Shown here one piece after another: positions 43,352 to 53,288 of a stretch of DNA of 64,000 nucleotides. A program made the position numbers and the translations under genes. The stretch is from Acidobacteriota bacterium (GTDB lineage Bacteria > Acidobacteriota > Thermoanaerobaculia > Thermoanaerobaculales > Sulfomarinibacteraceae). The notes beneath the pieces were generated by a model, which saw only the letters and a list, made by a program, of their open reading frames with translations, searched no databases and was not told where the DNA came from. The stretch covers positions 6,067 through 70,066 of the forward strand of contig JAHECW010000005.1 in the NCBI GenBank assembly GCA_024641545.1. The letters are read 5' to 3'. The stretch's first letter is position 1, and each line of letters opens with the position of its first letter.

Positions 43352-45673
43352 CTATTTCGGCGGGCCGAGGAAGGCGAGCGCGCGATCGGCTTCGGCGTCC
43401 ATCACCACGTGCATGAGCCGCCCGCCGCTCACCTCCGGGACATTGATCACCCGGACCACGTGCTCCATGTCCGCGAATTCCGGCGCCACCGTGGCCAGGG
43501 CATTCGGTGAACCGCGGAGGAACTCCTCGTTCCAAACCACCCGCAGATCATCCGGGTAGACGGGCAGGTATGCGATTTTCGATTCCACGAGATCGTTGAA
43601 GAAATGGGTCCCGAACGAGACATCCGGCAGGTAGGAACCCACCTTTCGCGCGATCTCCACCAACATGGCGGTATTGCTGATATCGGAGTAGGTCACCGGC
43701 ACTCCGAGCCGGATGTCGCCCCGGCTTCCCCACCGGCCGGGTCCCATCAGAATGAAGCACCGCGCGGGGAGGATCTGATTCAGCGCGCTGATGGCACGCC
43801 CGACCCGCAGCATGGCGTCCCGGGTCGCCAGCTTCTCATAATCGCGCGGATCGACCAGCACCACGTACTCGATATTCGGGCTCTGCGCCATCTGGACATA
43901 GCGGTTGGCCGAAAAGACCTGATCCGCGGTGTCGACATTTGCCGGCACGACCACCCGCTGTTCGGACGTGCCGAGGCTCAGCGCCCGGCACTGGAGCATG
44001 AAGAGACTCTCGCCGTCATGGGCGAACTCGACATCGACGGGTTCGCCGAGACCGTCCTCGAGAAGATCGAGCATGGTCTTCAGAGCGGCGGGAAACCCCG
44101 ATCGGACCAGACCGTCAAAGGTCACGACCAGCTCGGATGGCTCGACCTGCGCCATGAGGCCGACCATGGGGAGCAGTTGCTGATGGCGGTAGATCGAAAA
44201 GATCTTGTTCATGTTCGGCAGCTTGCGGCCCACCCGGCTGAGGAACCGCTCGATCGGGATCGAATCGAATTGACCTTCGGTCAGGTCGATGACATCGACT
44301 TCGCCCTGAGAGTACCGGTAGACCTCGTCCGGCTGCTGGACCGCCCTCAGCGTCGGTTGTTCGAGAGCGACCAGGACCGGATAGTCGTCGACGGTTCGAT
44401 CGACTGCCCGGGTACCGAGGCCGAGCACCAGCCGGGCCATCCCGTCGGTGTGGCGGATCCTCGGCGACCAGCGCATCTCGCAGCGCGAGAACGCGACCCC
44501 GGCAAAGACCGGGACCTTCATGTTCCCGACCTCGCGACCCACCACCTCCTGGATGAGAATCCCCATCTGTTCCTGGAAGTCGAGCAGGCCCCGGCTCCGC
44601 CGGTACTCGATGGGATCGGGATGGAACACCGAGGCGTAGACCTCGGAGATCGCATTCTCGAGGGAGTCCAGCCGCGCCTCGATTGAGCCCTGGTTGCGGA
44701 TGAACAGGCTCTTGTACTTACCGGAAAAGGCGTGGCCGATGCGATCCTCGAGCAGGCTGGACGACCTGACGACCAGGGGACGCTCGCCGATATCGAGGAG
44801 CATCTGTTCCAGGCCGTCGTGGATGGTCGGAGGCATGGCGCCGTTCTTGAAGAGCCGCTCGACCAGCGGGTACTCCTGCCGCACCTCCTCGATATCCTTG
44901 TACTTGACGTTGATGATCTCCTCGAGATTGTTGTACTGAATGAACTCGAGGATTCCGTTGGACGGCAGAAAGTGGGATCGGGGAATGCGGTACTCGGTGT
45001 CGAAAAGCCCGTCGTACCGAGCCTGCTGCAGGATGGAATGGGCGAGGACGAGACCCGCCGCCTTGCCGCCGAGCCTCCCCTGTTGGCCGTAGGTGGGAAT
45101 GATCCGGTCGAGCACCCAGCCGAAGTCGCTGATCCGGACGAACTTCTTGGCCACGGCGATGAAGTCGAGGTGGTCGGTCAACAACCTTCGAACCAGGGCC
45201 GCCCTGGTCCCGATGATGTCCTCTGGCAGCGACGAGCCCTCACCGGGCGCAAACTCGAGGAACTCGTGCACCCTGTCGCGAAGATCACCGAGCGGTGTGT
45301 CCGGGTCCTCGGCCAGGCGCGCAACCTCGAGAGCGAGCGCCCGCTTCTCGGTGAGGACGATGGTCGTGCCGATCTCCTCCGACGAGAGGTGCTTCTCGGC
45401 ATATTTCAACGCCAGTTCGTACAGGGCGTGACGGCTCTGCTTCGGCAGCCGGGGCTTCGGACGGTTCGGGTCGAGCCGGGCCCGCGAGCCCGACAGATTG
45501 AGGGCGACCGCGATCTCCTCATCGATGTCGTCGAGATCGATGAGACCCCGTCGCTGCATGTCGAGAAGGAGCCGGCGGCACACCCGCTGGGCGAGCCCAG
45601 GGCGCTGCTGCCGAAGCTTGTCGAACCGCTCACGCCAAACCGCCTGCGTCAATAGCCCTCCCGGTCGGGGCAT
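43352..45673 (-). CDS. PEP/pyruvate-binding (ATP-grasp, PEP-synthase N-terminal-like) domain protein
   Basis: GGKAAGLVLAH, VVRSSSLLED and other motifs of the pyruvate-phosphate-dikinase nucleotide-binding domain. No phosphohistidine swivel or PEP-utilising C-terminal domain was recognised. Start trimmed to the ATG at 45673. Confidence 0.65.
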   Translation of the reverse strand: MPRPGGLLTQAVWRERFDKLRQQRPGLAQRVCRRLLLDMQRRGLIDLDDIDEEIAVALNLSGSRARLDPNRPKPRLPKQSRHALYELALKYAEKHLSSEEIGTTIVLTEKRALALEVARLAEDPDTPLGDLRDRVHEFLEFAPGEGSSLPEDIIGTRAALVRRLLTDHLDFIAVAKKFVRISDFGWVLDRIIPTYGQQGRLGGKAAGLVLAHSILQQARYDGLFDTEYRIPRSHFLPSNGILEFIQYNNLEEIINVKYKDIEEVRQEYPLVERLFKNGAMPPTIHDGLEQMLLDIGERPLVVRSSSLLEDRIGHAFSGKYKSLFIRNQGSIEARLDSLENAISEVYASVFHPDPIEYRRSRGLLDFQEQMGILIQEVVGREVGNMKVPVFAGVAFSRCEMRWSPRIRHTDGMARLVLGLGTRAVDRTVDDYPVLVALEQPTLRAVQQPDEVYRYSQGEVDVIDLTEGQFDSIPIERFLSRVGRKLPNMNKIFSIYRHQQLLPMVGLMAQVEPSELVVTFDGLVRSGFPAALKTMLDLLEDGLGEPVDVEFAHDGESLFMLQCRALSLGTSEQRVVVPANVDTADQVFSANRYVQMAQSPNIEYVVLVDPRDYEKLATRDAMLRVGRAISALNQILPARCFILMGPGRWGSRGDIRLGVPVTYSDISNTAMLVEIARKVGSYLPDVSFGTHFFNDLVESKIAYLPVYPDDLRVVWNEEFLRGSPNALATVAPEFADMEHVVRVINVPEVSGGRLMHVVMDAEADRALAFLGPPK

Positions 45674-45749
45674 TGTAGCTTGGCGGGGAGGGCTTTGGGC
45701 CGTGAGATCTCGAGGTCTTGAGGTCGTGAAGTCCGGAGGACCACTGACG

Positions 45750-47102
45750 CTACCCGTCCTCTGGGAGGGCCGGCATCTCGGCCGCCGGTCGCAGGTTTCC
45801 GATGTCGCCGACGATGGTTTCCGCCGAGACCGCATCCACCCCCATCACGTTGTCGCGGGAACTCACCGTCACCGCGGCGTGGCCGCCCTCCTCGAGCGGT
45901 GCGAAAAACGTATAGGTCAGGGTCTCGGCACCCTCATCGCCGGCGAGGTCGAGGATGACACTTCCCATGACCTCGGTGGGCGGCAGCACCAGATCGTGTT
46001 CGCGAACCTCGAGATCGGCGAGCGCGCTGAGGCGCCGACTCAGCTCCGGGTTGTCGGCCTCCCCACCATCTTCGGCCTGCCACATGCCATCGACCCGGTC
46101 GAAACGGGTCTGTCCCGCCGCACCCGCGAACTCGATCTTCGTCACATCCCAGGTCGTCAAGGGCCAGACTCGATTCGACCGCCACAGCACCGGCGCCTTG
46201 GAGAGCCTGGTCACGATGGCCGAGGGCACCCGAAAGAGATCCGATCCGTTGCGACGGCAGACCGCCGTACCGGTTTCTTTGTCGGCGGCGGACAGCTCGA
46301 GGGTGAGCGCGTCGTCTCCGGCCTTGCCTTGCAGGCGCACCCGAAACGCCGGTGGGTCGAGACCGAGGCTTGAAGCATCGGGATCGCCGGGTAGAAACTC
46401 GCTGACCCGGAGGGTGTTGAGCTCGGAGACCAGGCTCCGCATCTGATCGGGATCGGCGAGATCGGCCAGCGGTTCCCGAAGCTGCCACCGACCGCGCACC
46501 TGCTCGGCGCGAATGCGATCCTCGACCGTCTCGATCTCCACCGACTCGAGATCGTGCTCGGGCAGATCGACGACGTCGCGCGATCGCCAGTCGTCGACAT
46601 CCTTGGCCAGATCGGCGGCAAAATACCCCGGAACCAGGATGATCTCCTCGTCCTCATTCCTCCTCACGGCCCGGTTGGATCCGAGGGGCGCCTCGTCGCC
46701 GACCGCGAGGGAGAATCGCCGCCCCTGCGCATCGACGAGAGCGAGTCCGAGAACCGGAGCGTCGAGCCCGTAATCGCCCGGAGCGACCTCTCCTGCGGGG
46801 AGGGTTCTCTCGGCATCGAGGTCGGCGATGGCGTCGACGAACGCCTTGACCGTGGTGGCGTCGGCCGGATACTCCACGGGCTCGACCAGCCGCCACTCGT
46901 CATTGTTCTTGGCGAGACGGATGGAACCATGGCCGGTCTCGAGTTCCAGCGCCACAACCGCGTCCCGGTCGAGATTCGGGAAGAGCCTGTCGGCCCGTTC
47001 TTCGCGCTCATCGGTGGTGGGCTGGTGGCGCTCGACAAAGAAGATGAACAGCCCCAGGGCGATCGCCACCGATACCAGGATGATCAGATTCCTGCTTCGC
47101 AT
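45750..47102 (-). CDS. DUF4340-like protein (single N-terminal TM)
   Basis: MRSRNLIILVSVAIALGLFIFFV anchor. Position immediately after a GldG-like gene is the usual context for DUF4340. GGAGGGG RBS. Confidence 0.55.
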   Translation of the reverse strand: MRSRNLIILVSVAIALGLFIFFVERHQPTTDEREERADRLFPNLDRDAVVALELETGHGSIRLAKNNDEWRLVEPVEYPADATTVKAFVDAIADLDAERTLPAGEVAPGDYGLDAPVLGLALVDAQGRRFSLAVGDEAPLGSNRAVRRNEDEEIILVPGYFAADLAKDVDDWRSRDVVDLPEHDLESVEIETVEDRIRAEQVRGRWQLREPLADLADPDQMRSLVSELNTLRVSEFLPGDPDASSLGLDPPAFRVRLQGKAGDDALTLELSAADKETGTAVCRRNGSDLFRVPSAIVTRLSKAPVLWRSNRVWPLTTWDVTKIEFAGAAGQTRFDRVDGMWQAEDGGEADNPELSRRLSALADLEVREHDLVLPPTEVMGSVILDLAGDEGAETLTYTFFAPLEEGGHAAVTVSSRDNVMGVDAVSAETIVGDIGNLRPAAEMPALPEDG

Positions 47103-47114
47103 CCCGCCCCTCCG

Positions 47115-48596
47115 TCAGTGCCTACGGCGCCGCCACACCATGATTCCCATGGCGATGGCCGCCCCCGGCATGACGAGGAGCACCACCACCAGGATGAGCC
47201 GCATTTTCTGCTGATCGATGAACAGGCTCATGCTCTCCATGTCGTGCGGAGGAATGCCCATGGCATGATCGCGGGCGACCAGCCAGTTGATGGTGTTCAT
47301 GGCCAGGATCTCGTTGCCGGCATTGCCGATGTCGACATCGGTGAGAAAATCCGAGTCGCCGAAGACCGCCAACCTGGATGTGACCTCGGAATCCCCGGCG
47401 GGATGGTCGCCGCCGTCGAGCGCCGCGGCCGCGCTTTCGACCACCACTGCGGGCGCCACCGGCCCCCCGGTGTCGAGACCCGCGTCGAAGACCACCGGTT
47501 CACCGCGCAGCAGCATCCCGAGATCGGTCTCGCCCCAGCCTTCGGTGCTGGTTTCGACCAGAATCCGGGCGTCATCGGAATCGGCGGTCAGCGACCTCGT
47601 CACGGTGAACAGCACCGCGATCCCATCGAGCCCGGTGGTCACCGGGTGATCGGCGAAATCGGTCAGATAGACCGCCGACAGATCAAAGAACGGCAGCTTG
47701 CGCGACGGATCCACCACCAGGTCGTCGTTGACCACGACGCCGCGGGTGGCGAGAAAGGGCTCGAGCCTGGTCTGCCGCATGGTGCCGTCGGGCTCGATGA
47801 GTGGATCGAGGGCCACCATGAGTCGACCTCCACCATCGAGGAAGGCGTCGAGGGCGGCGACCTCGGCCTCGGTGTAGGGGCGGGTGGGACCGACGATGGC
47901 GATGACATCGGCGTCATCGGGAATCACGCCCGAGAGCAGGCTGGCCTCCTCCGCGACCATGTTGTCCTTCTTCATCTTGTCGACCAGGATCGACAGGCTG
48001 CGACCGGCGAGGGCGCCGTCGCCCTGCGACCCGGGAGTGGCTTCGCCGTGGCCGGTGACGAAGTAGATCTTCGGAACCGAGCTGACCACCAGCGACTGGA
48101 TGGCGGAGGTGAACTCCTCCTCGCCCCTGAAAGCCCGCACGGTCGGCTGTTGGCCGTACTGCATCCCCGAGTAGTCGTAGTCCACCATCTGTTCCGATGT
48201 CACGTACTTGGTCCGATCACCGGCGATGAAGACGACGGTGTTGGCCATGGTGATGCCGAACTGCTCGGCCAGGGCTTTTGTCTTGAGCGGCTCGCGTTCG
48301 GGATCGATGTAGTCGAGGACGATCTTGTCCGACACCGCGGCGTAGCGCTCGAGGAGCTCCTGCGCCTGATCGAAGAGCGGGCTGGACGGCACCATGAAGA
48401 CCACGACCCGCACCTCGGTGTCGAGGCCGCGGACCAGGTCGATGGACTTCTCGGAGAGGGTGTAGAGGTTGGACGAGGTCCAGTCCCACCGCCGGTAGTG
48501 CCGGGTCCCGAGCCAGTTGGCCATTCCGACCAGAACCACCACCACGACCAGGGCGGCGACACCCGCCGCACCGTAACGTACGCTTTTCTTTCTCAT
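47115..48596 (-). CDS. GldG-like ABC-transporter auxiliary component
   Basis: N- and C-terminal TM anchors flank a large extracytoplasmic domain (RRWDWTSSNLYTLSEKS...). Follows the ABC-2 permease. Confidence 0.65.
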   Translation of the reverse strand: MRKKSVRYGAAGVAALVVVVVLVGMANWLGTRHYRRWDWTSSNLYTLSEKSIDLVRGLDTEVRVVVFMVPSSPLFDQAQELLERYAAVSDKIVLDYIDPEREPLKTKALAEQFGITMANTVVFIAGDRTKYVTSEQMVDYDYSGMQYGQQPTVRAFRGEEEFTSAIQSLVVSSVPKIYFVTGHGEATPGSQGDGALAGRSLSILVDKMKKDNMVAEEASLLSGVIPDDADVIAIVGPTRPYTEAEVAALDAFLDGGGRLMVALDPLIEPDGTMRQTRLEPFLATRGVVVNDDLVVDPSRKLPFFDLSAVYLTDFADHPVTTGLDGIAVLFTVTRSLTADSDDARILVETSTEGWGETDLGMLLRGEPVVFDAGLDTGGPVAPAVVVESAAAALDGGDHPAGDSEVTSRLAVFGDSDFLTDVDIGNAGNEILAMNTINWLVARDHAMGIPPHDMESMSLFIDQQKMRLILVVVLLVMPGAAIAMGIMVWRRRRH

Positions 48597-48600
48597 CGCC

Positions 48601-49362
48601 CTACCTCCACTTGCCGAGCTCGAGGCTCTTTGTCGACAGGAAAAGGAAGAGGCCGGTGAGCGAGAGCTCGTAGACCACGTACCTCGTGTCGACGATGCCC
48701 TTGGCGTAGTCGGCCATCTGTTGCCACAGATCCGCGTGATCGATCACGGCCCCGAGGCCGGATGACGAGAGCAGCAGACCGCGCGTGAGCGGCAGGCCGA
48801 AGAGGATGATCAGACCGGTGAAGGCGATGACCGCGGCGATGATCTGGCTTCGGGCCAGGGTCGAGGCAAAGAGACCGAGGGAAACAAAGAGCGCACCGAA
48901 GAGCGCGACTCCGAGATAGGACGAGGCCACCGCCCCCCAATCGATCGCCGCCTGGCTCTTGACCATGAGCACGTAGACCAGGGTCGGTGTCCACAGCGCG
49001 AGATAGAAGATGAAAACGGCGGCGAACTTGCCGATGATGACCTGGGTTTCGGTCACCGGCGAGGTCAGGAGGACCTCGATGGTGCCCGATCGCCGTTCTT
49101 CGGCCACGAGGCGCATGGTGATGAGCGGCGCAACCACCAGGAAGAACCAGAAGAAGATCGTGCCGCCGAAGAACGCCTGGAGAATCGACATCGAGGACTG
49201 GCCGGGTTGGCTGAGATACCCGAGGATCAGGCTGAAGAGGGCGCCCTGGAGCAGCAGGAAGGCGGCCAAGACAATATAGGCCAGCGGCGAGGAGAACGTG
49301 GCGATGAGCTCGCGCCGGATGATGGCGGCCAGGGCCCTGAGCCAGATGATCAGTGCCGCCAT
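48601..49362 (-). CDS. ABC-2-type transporter permease (GldF-like)
   Basis: Six hydrophobic helices. N-terminal IIRRELIATFSSPLAYIVLAAFLLLQG pattern. Confidence 0.8.
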   Translation of the reverse strand: MAALIIWLRALAAIIRRELIATFSSPLAYIVLAAFLLLQGALFSLILGYLSQPGQSSMSILQAFFGGTIFFWFFLVVAPLITMRLVAEERRSGTIEVLLTSPVTETQVIIGKFAAVFIFYLALWTPTLVYVLMVKSQAAIDWGAVASSYLGVALFGALFVSLGLFASTLARSQIIAAVIAFTGLIILFGLPLTRGLLLSSSGLGAVIDHADLWQQMADYAKGIVDTRYVVYELSLTGLFLFLSTKSLELGKWR

Positions 49363-49363
49363 C

Positions 49364-50323
49364 TCACACCTCCTGCGCGGCGGACGCGGCCATCGGCGCC
49401 GCGTCGTCCGCCGTCGTCAACCGAACGAAGACATCCTCGAGGGTGGCTCGCTGGGGGGTCAGGCCGAGCAGGATCCACCCGCGGTCCACGGCGAGGTGGA
49501 ACACGCCTTCGCGGGGATCCGCGTCGCCGGCGTGCTCGATGAGGAAGACACCGTCTGCGCGCCGGTTCACCGCCACCACGCCGGGCAAGCGGCCAAGCGA
49601 CTCGGCTGCGTCGTCGCCCGCGCCGCGGATCTCGACCCGCACCACGGGGTTGCCGATGAGTTTCGTGCGCAGGGCTTCGGGGGTCCCGTCGGCGACCACC
49701 CGGCCGTGATCGATGATGAAGACCCGTTCGCAGATCTGTTCGACCTCGGGCAGGATGTGGGTGGACAACACCACCGTGTGATCCCTTCCGAGTTCGGTGA
49801 TGAGCTCGCGAATCTTGATGATCTGGTTCGGATCGAGGCCGACGGTGGGCTCGTCGAGGATGAGCACCGGCGGTTTGTGAATGAGCGCGCCCGCCAATCC
49901 GACCCGTTGGCGATAGCCCTTGGAGAGGGTCCCGATCGCCTGTCTTCGGACATCCGAGAGCATGCAGCGCTCGACGACGTACTCGAGGCTTTCGGAAAGC
50001 TCCGGCCGCCGCACACCCTCGACATCGGCGCGAAACCGCAGATATTCATCCACCCGGAGCTCGGGGTAGAGGGGCACGTTCTCGGGCAGATAACCGATCT
50101 TGCGGCGCAGACCCACGGGATCGGCGTCGAGATCGACCCCGGCGACGACGACGCGACCGGTGGTGGGCGGCAGGAAGCCGGTCATCATCCGCATGACGGT
50201 GGTCTTCCCGGCTCCGTTGGGCCCGAGAAAACCGAGGATCTGGCCTTCCGGCACATGAAACGACAGGCCGTCGACCACAGGGGTGTCGACATAGACCCGA
50301 CTCAGGTTTTCGACCTCGATCAT
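49364..50323 (-). CDS. ABC transporter ATP-binding protein
   Basis: Walker A GPNGAGKTT, signature LSKGYRQR, Walker B VLILDEPT. ATG at 50323 follows GAGGAG; the track start at 50329 is TTG. Confidence 0.9.
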   Translation of the reverse strand: MIEVENLSRVYVDTPVVDGLSFHVPEGQILGFLGPNGAGKTTVMRMMTGFLPPTTGRVVVAGVDLDADPVGLRRKIGYLPENVPLYPELRVDEYLRFRADVEGVRRPELSESLEYVVERCMLSDVRRQAIGTLSKGYRQRVGLAGALIHKPPVLILDEPTVGLDPNQIIKIRELITELGRDHTVVLSTHILPEVEQICERVFIIDHGRVVADGTPEALRTKLIGNPVVRVEIRGAGDDAAESLGRLPGVVAVNRRADGVFLIEHAGDADPREGVFHLAVDRGWILLGLTPQRATLEDVFVRLTTADDAAPMAASAAQEV

Positions 50324-50472
50324 CGACAACTCCTCGATCGCCCGGGAGGGATCACCACCTCCGCGCGGCGGTTCTTCACCGTCTCAAAGGCGCAAGATAA
50401 GCAAGACCGATGCCTGGTGCAAGTCCCTTTGCGGCGCGACCCATCGACTGGATTCACGCCACCTTGGCGCGA

Positions 50473-51060
50473 TTACGCGCCACGAACCGGGGTCACGATG
50501 AGCATCAACGTGGTCGAACCGAGGGTGAACTCGTCCTGGTGGTCCAACTTCACCCTGTCGATTCTCCTGCCTTCAAACCAGGTGCCGTTGGTCGCCTCGA
50601 GATCGATGAGTTCGACATCCAGGTCTCGGATCTCGATCGCGAGATGACGCCTTGACACTTCGGAATCCCGCAACTGGATATCCATGGCCGAGCCCCGACC
50701 AATGAGGATCCGCGGTTTGTGAAGCTGAAAGACGCTGCCCGCCTGCCCACCGGCGATCACGGCGAGTGAATAGCGGGGGTCCGACGGCAACGCGGGAAGC
50801 GGCGAGTCCGGCGCGGGTTTGGGCTCGGGCGCCGCGACGGTCGGCGTCTGATGTTCCGAGGTCAACACTCTCCGCCTGAATCCCGGGACGGCGTCATCTT
50901 CGACCGGCGGCGCCGCGTGACCCGCAGCCCCCAACACCGGATTGACTGCCTCGAACGTGAACCCGCACGACGTACACTTGACCTTCTTGGACGAATCACC
51001 GTCGAAACGGCGTTCATCGTATCGGTATTTTGTCTCACAATCAGGGCAAGTGATGATCAC
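50473..51060 (-). CDS. MJ0042-type zinc-ribbon + FHA-domain protein
   Basis: (M)IITCPDCETKYRYD...VKCTSCGFTFE zinc ribbon. Pro-rich linker. C-terminal FHA (ILIGRGSAMDIQLRDSEVSRRHLAIE...NGTWFEG). GTG at 51060 follows GGAGG at 5 nt. Confidence 0.7.
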   Translation of the reverse strand: MIITCPDCETKYRYDERRFDGDSSKKVKCTSCGFTFEAVNPVLGAAGHAAPPVEDDAVPGFRRRVLTSEHQTPTVAAPEPKPAPDSPLPALPSDPRYSLAVIAGGQAGSVFQLHKPRILIGRGSAMDIQLRDSEVSRRHLAIEIRDLDVELIDLEATNGTWFEGRRIDRVKLDHQDEFTLGSTTLMLIVTPVRGA

Positions 51061-51135
51061 TCCAACCTCCGGGAATCCCTCCACATAGTAGCATCCGACT
51101 CCGCTGCGACCTATCGCCGCGCAGCCCGCCGGCCT

Positions 51136-53214
51136 TCACTCCTGGCCGTTGCCGGCGGCGGTCCACCGGTCCATCCAGTCCAGCACGACCTCGTGCCACT
51201 GAATCGAGTTGAGCGGTTTCAAGACCCAGTGGTTCTCGTCCGGGAAGTAGAGCAACCGTGACGGCACCCCACGCCGCTGCAGCGCGTTGAAGGTCGCGAT
51301 TCCCTGGGTGTCCACGACGCGATAGTCGAGGGCGCCGTGGATCACCAGCTCCGGCGTCTTCCAATTGCCGACGAAGTGAACCGGAGAGTGCCTGGCGTAG
51401 CTCTCGGGATGATCCCAGGGCGTCCCGCCGTGCTCCCACTCCGGGAACCAGAGCTCCTCGGTGTCGTAGTACGCCATCGTCTCGTCGAGATTGCCGTCGT
51501 GGCAGACCAGCGCGGCGAACCGGTCGGTCTGGCCCTGGATCCAGTTGATCATGTAGCCGCCGAAGCTCGCGCCGGCGGCCGCCACCCGGTCGGGATCGAT
51601 CCAGGCGTGCCTGCGGAGGACGTCGTCGAGACCCTTCATGAGATCCTCGTACGGGGCGCCTCCCCAGTCGCCGTTGATGGCGTCGGTGAAGGCCTGACCG
51701 TAACCCGTCGAGCCGTGGAAGTCGACCATGGCGACCGCGTAGCCGTGACCGGCGTAGATCTCCGGATTCCACCGGTAGTGCCAATGATCGTCAAAGCTCC
51801 CCTGCGGACCGCCGTGGATCAGGAACGCGAGCGGGTACTTCTTCCCCGGCACTCGGTTCGCCGGTTCGATGAAGTAGCCGAAGACCTCGTCGCCGTGCGC
51901 ACCGATGAAGGAAAACTGCTGGTAGGCGCCGAAGTCGATGGCCGCGAGCCGGTCGGTGTTGAGGTGGGTGATCTGGAGCGGCTCACCACCGTCCGCCGGA
52001 CGCACGTAGAGCTCCACCGGCGAGGTCAGCCTGTCCTGGGCAAAAAGCAACCGCCCGTCGGGCAGTGGATTCGGGCTCGAGTTGGTGTGCCGCGTCAGCA
52101 GCGCCTGGACCGCGCCGTCGTCGGGGCCGATGCGAAAGATCGAGCGGTTGCCGACATTGTCGGCCGAAGCGTAGATCGACGCCCCGTCCGGCGACCAGAC
52201 GATCCCGCCCGGCGAGCGGTCCCAGGCCTCGGTCAGCACCCGCGCCTCGCCGCCCGGCCAGTCCATCACCATCACCCGGAAGCGATCCGCCTCGTACCCG
52301 GGTCGAGTCATGGCCAGATAGGCCAGCTTCGAGCCGTCGGGCGAGAACGCGGGGGCCGCGTCCCAGGCTCGATTGGCCGTCGTCAGCTTCGCCGCCGGCG
52401 CAGCACCGTCGGTGGCCACCACCCAAAGGTCGTAATCGGTGGACCAGGTCTCCTCGGAACCGTTGACCACCTTGGCGGTGTAGACCAGTGTCGCGTCGTC
52501 TGGGGACACGGTCCAGTCTTCGTCACCACCCCAAGGAACGGTCGGGCAGTCGCCGTCGACAGCGGCCATCAAATCCACCGCTTCGCCGCTCGGCAGTCCG
52601 TCCTCGCCGAGGCCGATCCTGAAGACATGGTTGCGCCGGCCGTCCTTCCACGTGTCCCAGTGCCGGACGAAGGTCCTGTCGAAGATCATCCCGGTGGTTT
52701 TCCGCGCGGCTTCCCTCTCCAACCGCTCGCCGGTGCACAGCACCGGGTCGTCACAGTCGGCATAGACCTTGAGACCGAGATAGAGGGCCCGGACGCCGGG
52801 GCCGACCTTGAGGGCTTCGACGTCGACGGGCAGATCGGTGACCTGCTCCGCCTCGCCGCCGTCGACCGCCATCCGCCACACCTGCGCCGACCCGGAACGA
52901 GCCGACAGGAAGTAGACGGTGCGGGAGTCGGCCCAGCGCGGGCTCCAGTCGGACGCGGCGTTCCTCGTCACACGACGCACAACCGAGCCGTCGGTGGCCG
53001 CCAGCCAGAGGCTCCGGCCGCCGCGGTTGGCTTCGAGATCCATGGTCGACACCACGAAAGCGACCATCGAACCATCGGGGGACGGCCGGGGATCCTCGAC
53101 GCGCTCCATGGCGACGAGATCATGGACGTCAATGGGGTGGGTCTCGGCGGCGACGGTGAGCGCAGCGCAGGAGAGCGCCACGGCGACGCCGACGCTCAGG
53201 CAAGGTCGTTTCAT
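51136..53214 (-). CDS. Secreted S9-family serine peptidase (prolyl oligopeptidase / acylaminoacyl-peptidase type)
   Basis: Signal-like N-terminus, beta-propeller-like N-terminal half, and catalytic GASFGGYM serine motif with downstream D and H regions. Confidence 0.85.
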   Translation of the reverse strand: MKRPCLSVGVAVALSCAALTVAAETHPIDVHDLVAMERVEDPRPSPDGSMVAFVVSTMDLEANRGGRSLWLAATDGSVVRRVTRNAASDWSPRWADSRTVYFLSARSGSAQVWRMAVDGGEAEQVTDLPVDVEALKVGPGVRALYLGLKVYADCDDPVLCTGERLEREAARKTTGMIFDRTFVRHWDTWKDGRRNHVFRIGLGEDGLPSGEAVDLMAAVDGDCPTVPWGGDEDWTVSPDDATLVYTAKVVNGSEETWSTDYDLWVVATDGAAPAAKLTTANRAWDAAPAFSPDGSKLAYLAMTRPGYEADRFRVMVMDWPGGEARVLTEAWDRSPGGIVWSPDGASIYASADNVGNRSIFRIGPDDGAVQALLTRHTNSSPNPLPDGRLLFAQDRLTSPVELYVRPADGGEPLQITHLNTDRLAAIDFGAYQQFSFIGAHGDEVFGYFIEPANRVPGKKYPLAFLIHGGPQGSFDDHWHYRWNPEIYAGHGYAVAMVDFHGSTGYGQAFTDAINGDWGGAPYEDLMKGLDDVLRRHAWIDPDRVAAAGASFGGYMINWIQGQTDRFAALVCHDGNLDETMAYYDTEELWFPEWEHGGTPWDHPESYARHSPVHFVGNWKTPELVIHGALDYRVVDTQGIATFNALQRRGVPSRLLYFPDENHWVLKPLNSIQWHEVVLDWMDRWTAAGNGQE

Positions 53215-53288
53215 CGGAAACCTCCGACCCGGGAAACCGGGCAGGAGACATGGTAGCGCAGCTTTCAGGATGCCGGTTGCACGTCGCG

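Noticed and set aside
50411-50434. TGGTGC...TTTGC on the plus strand upstream of nothing, and possible promoter motifs in the 50330-50472 spacer
   Set aside because: The spacing does not fit a -24/-12 promoter (off by three), and the orientation is away from the minus-strand ABC operon.
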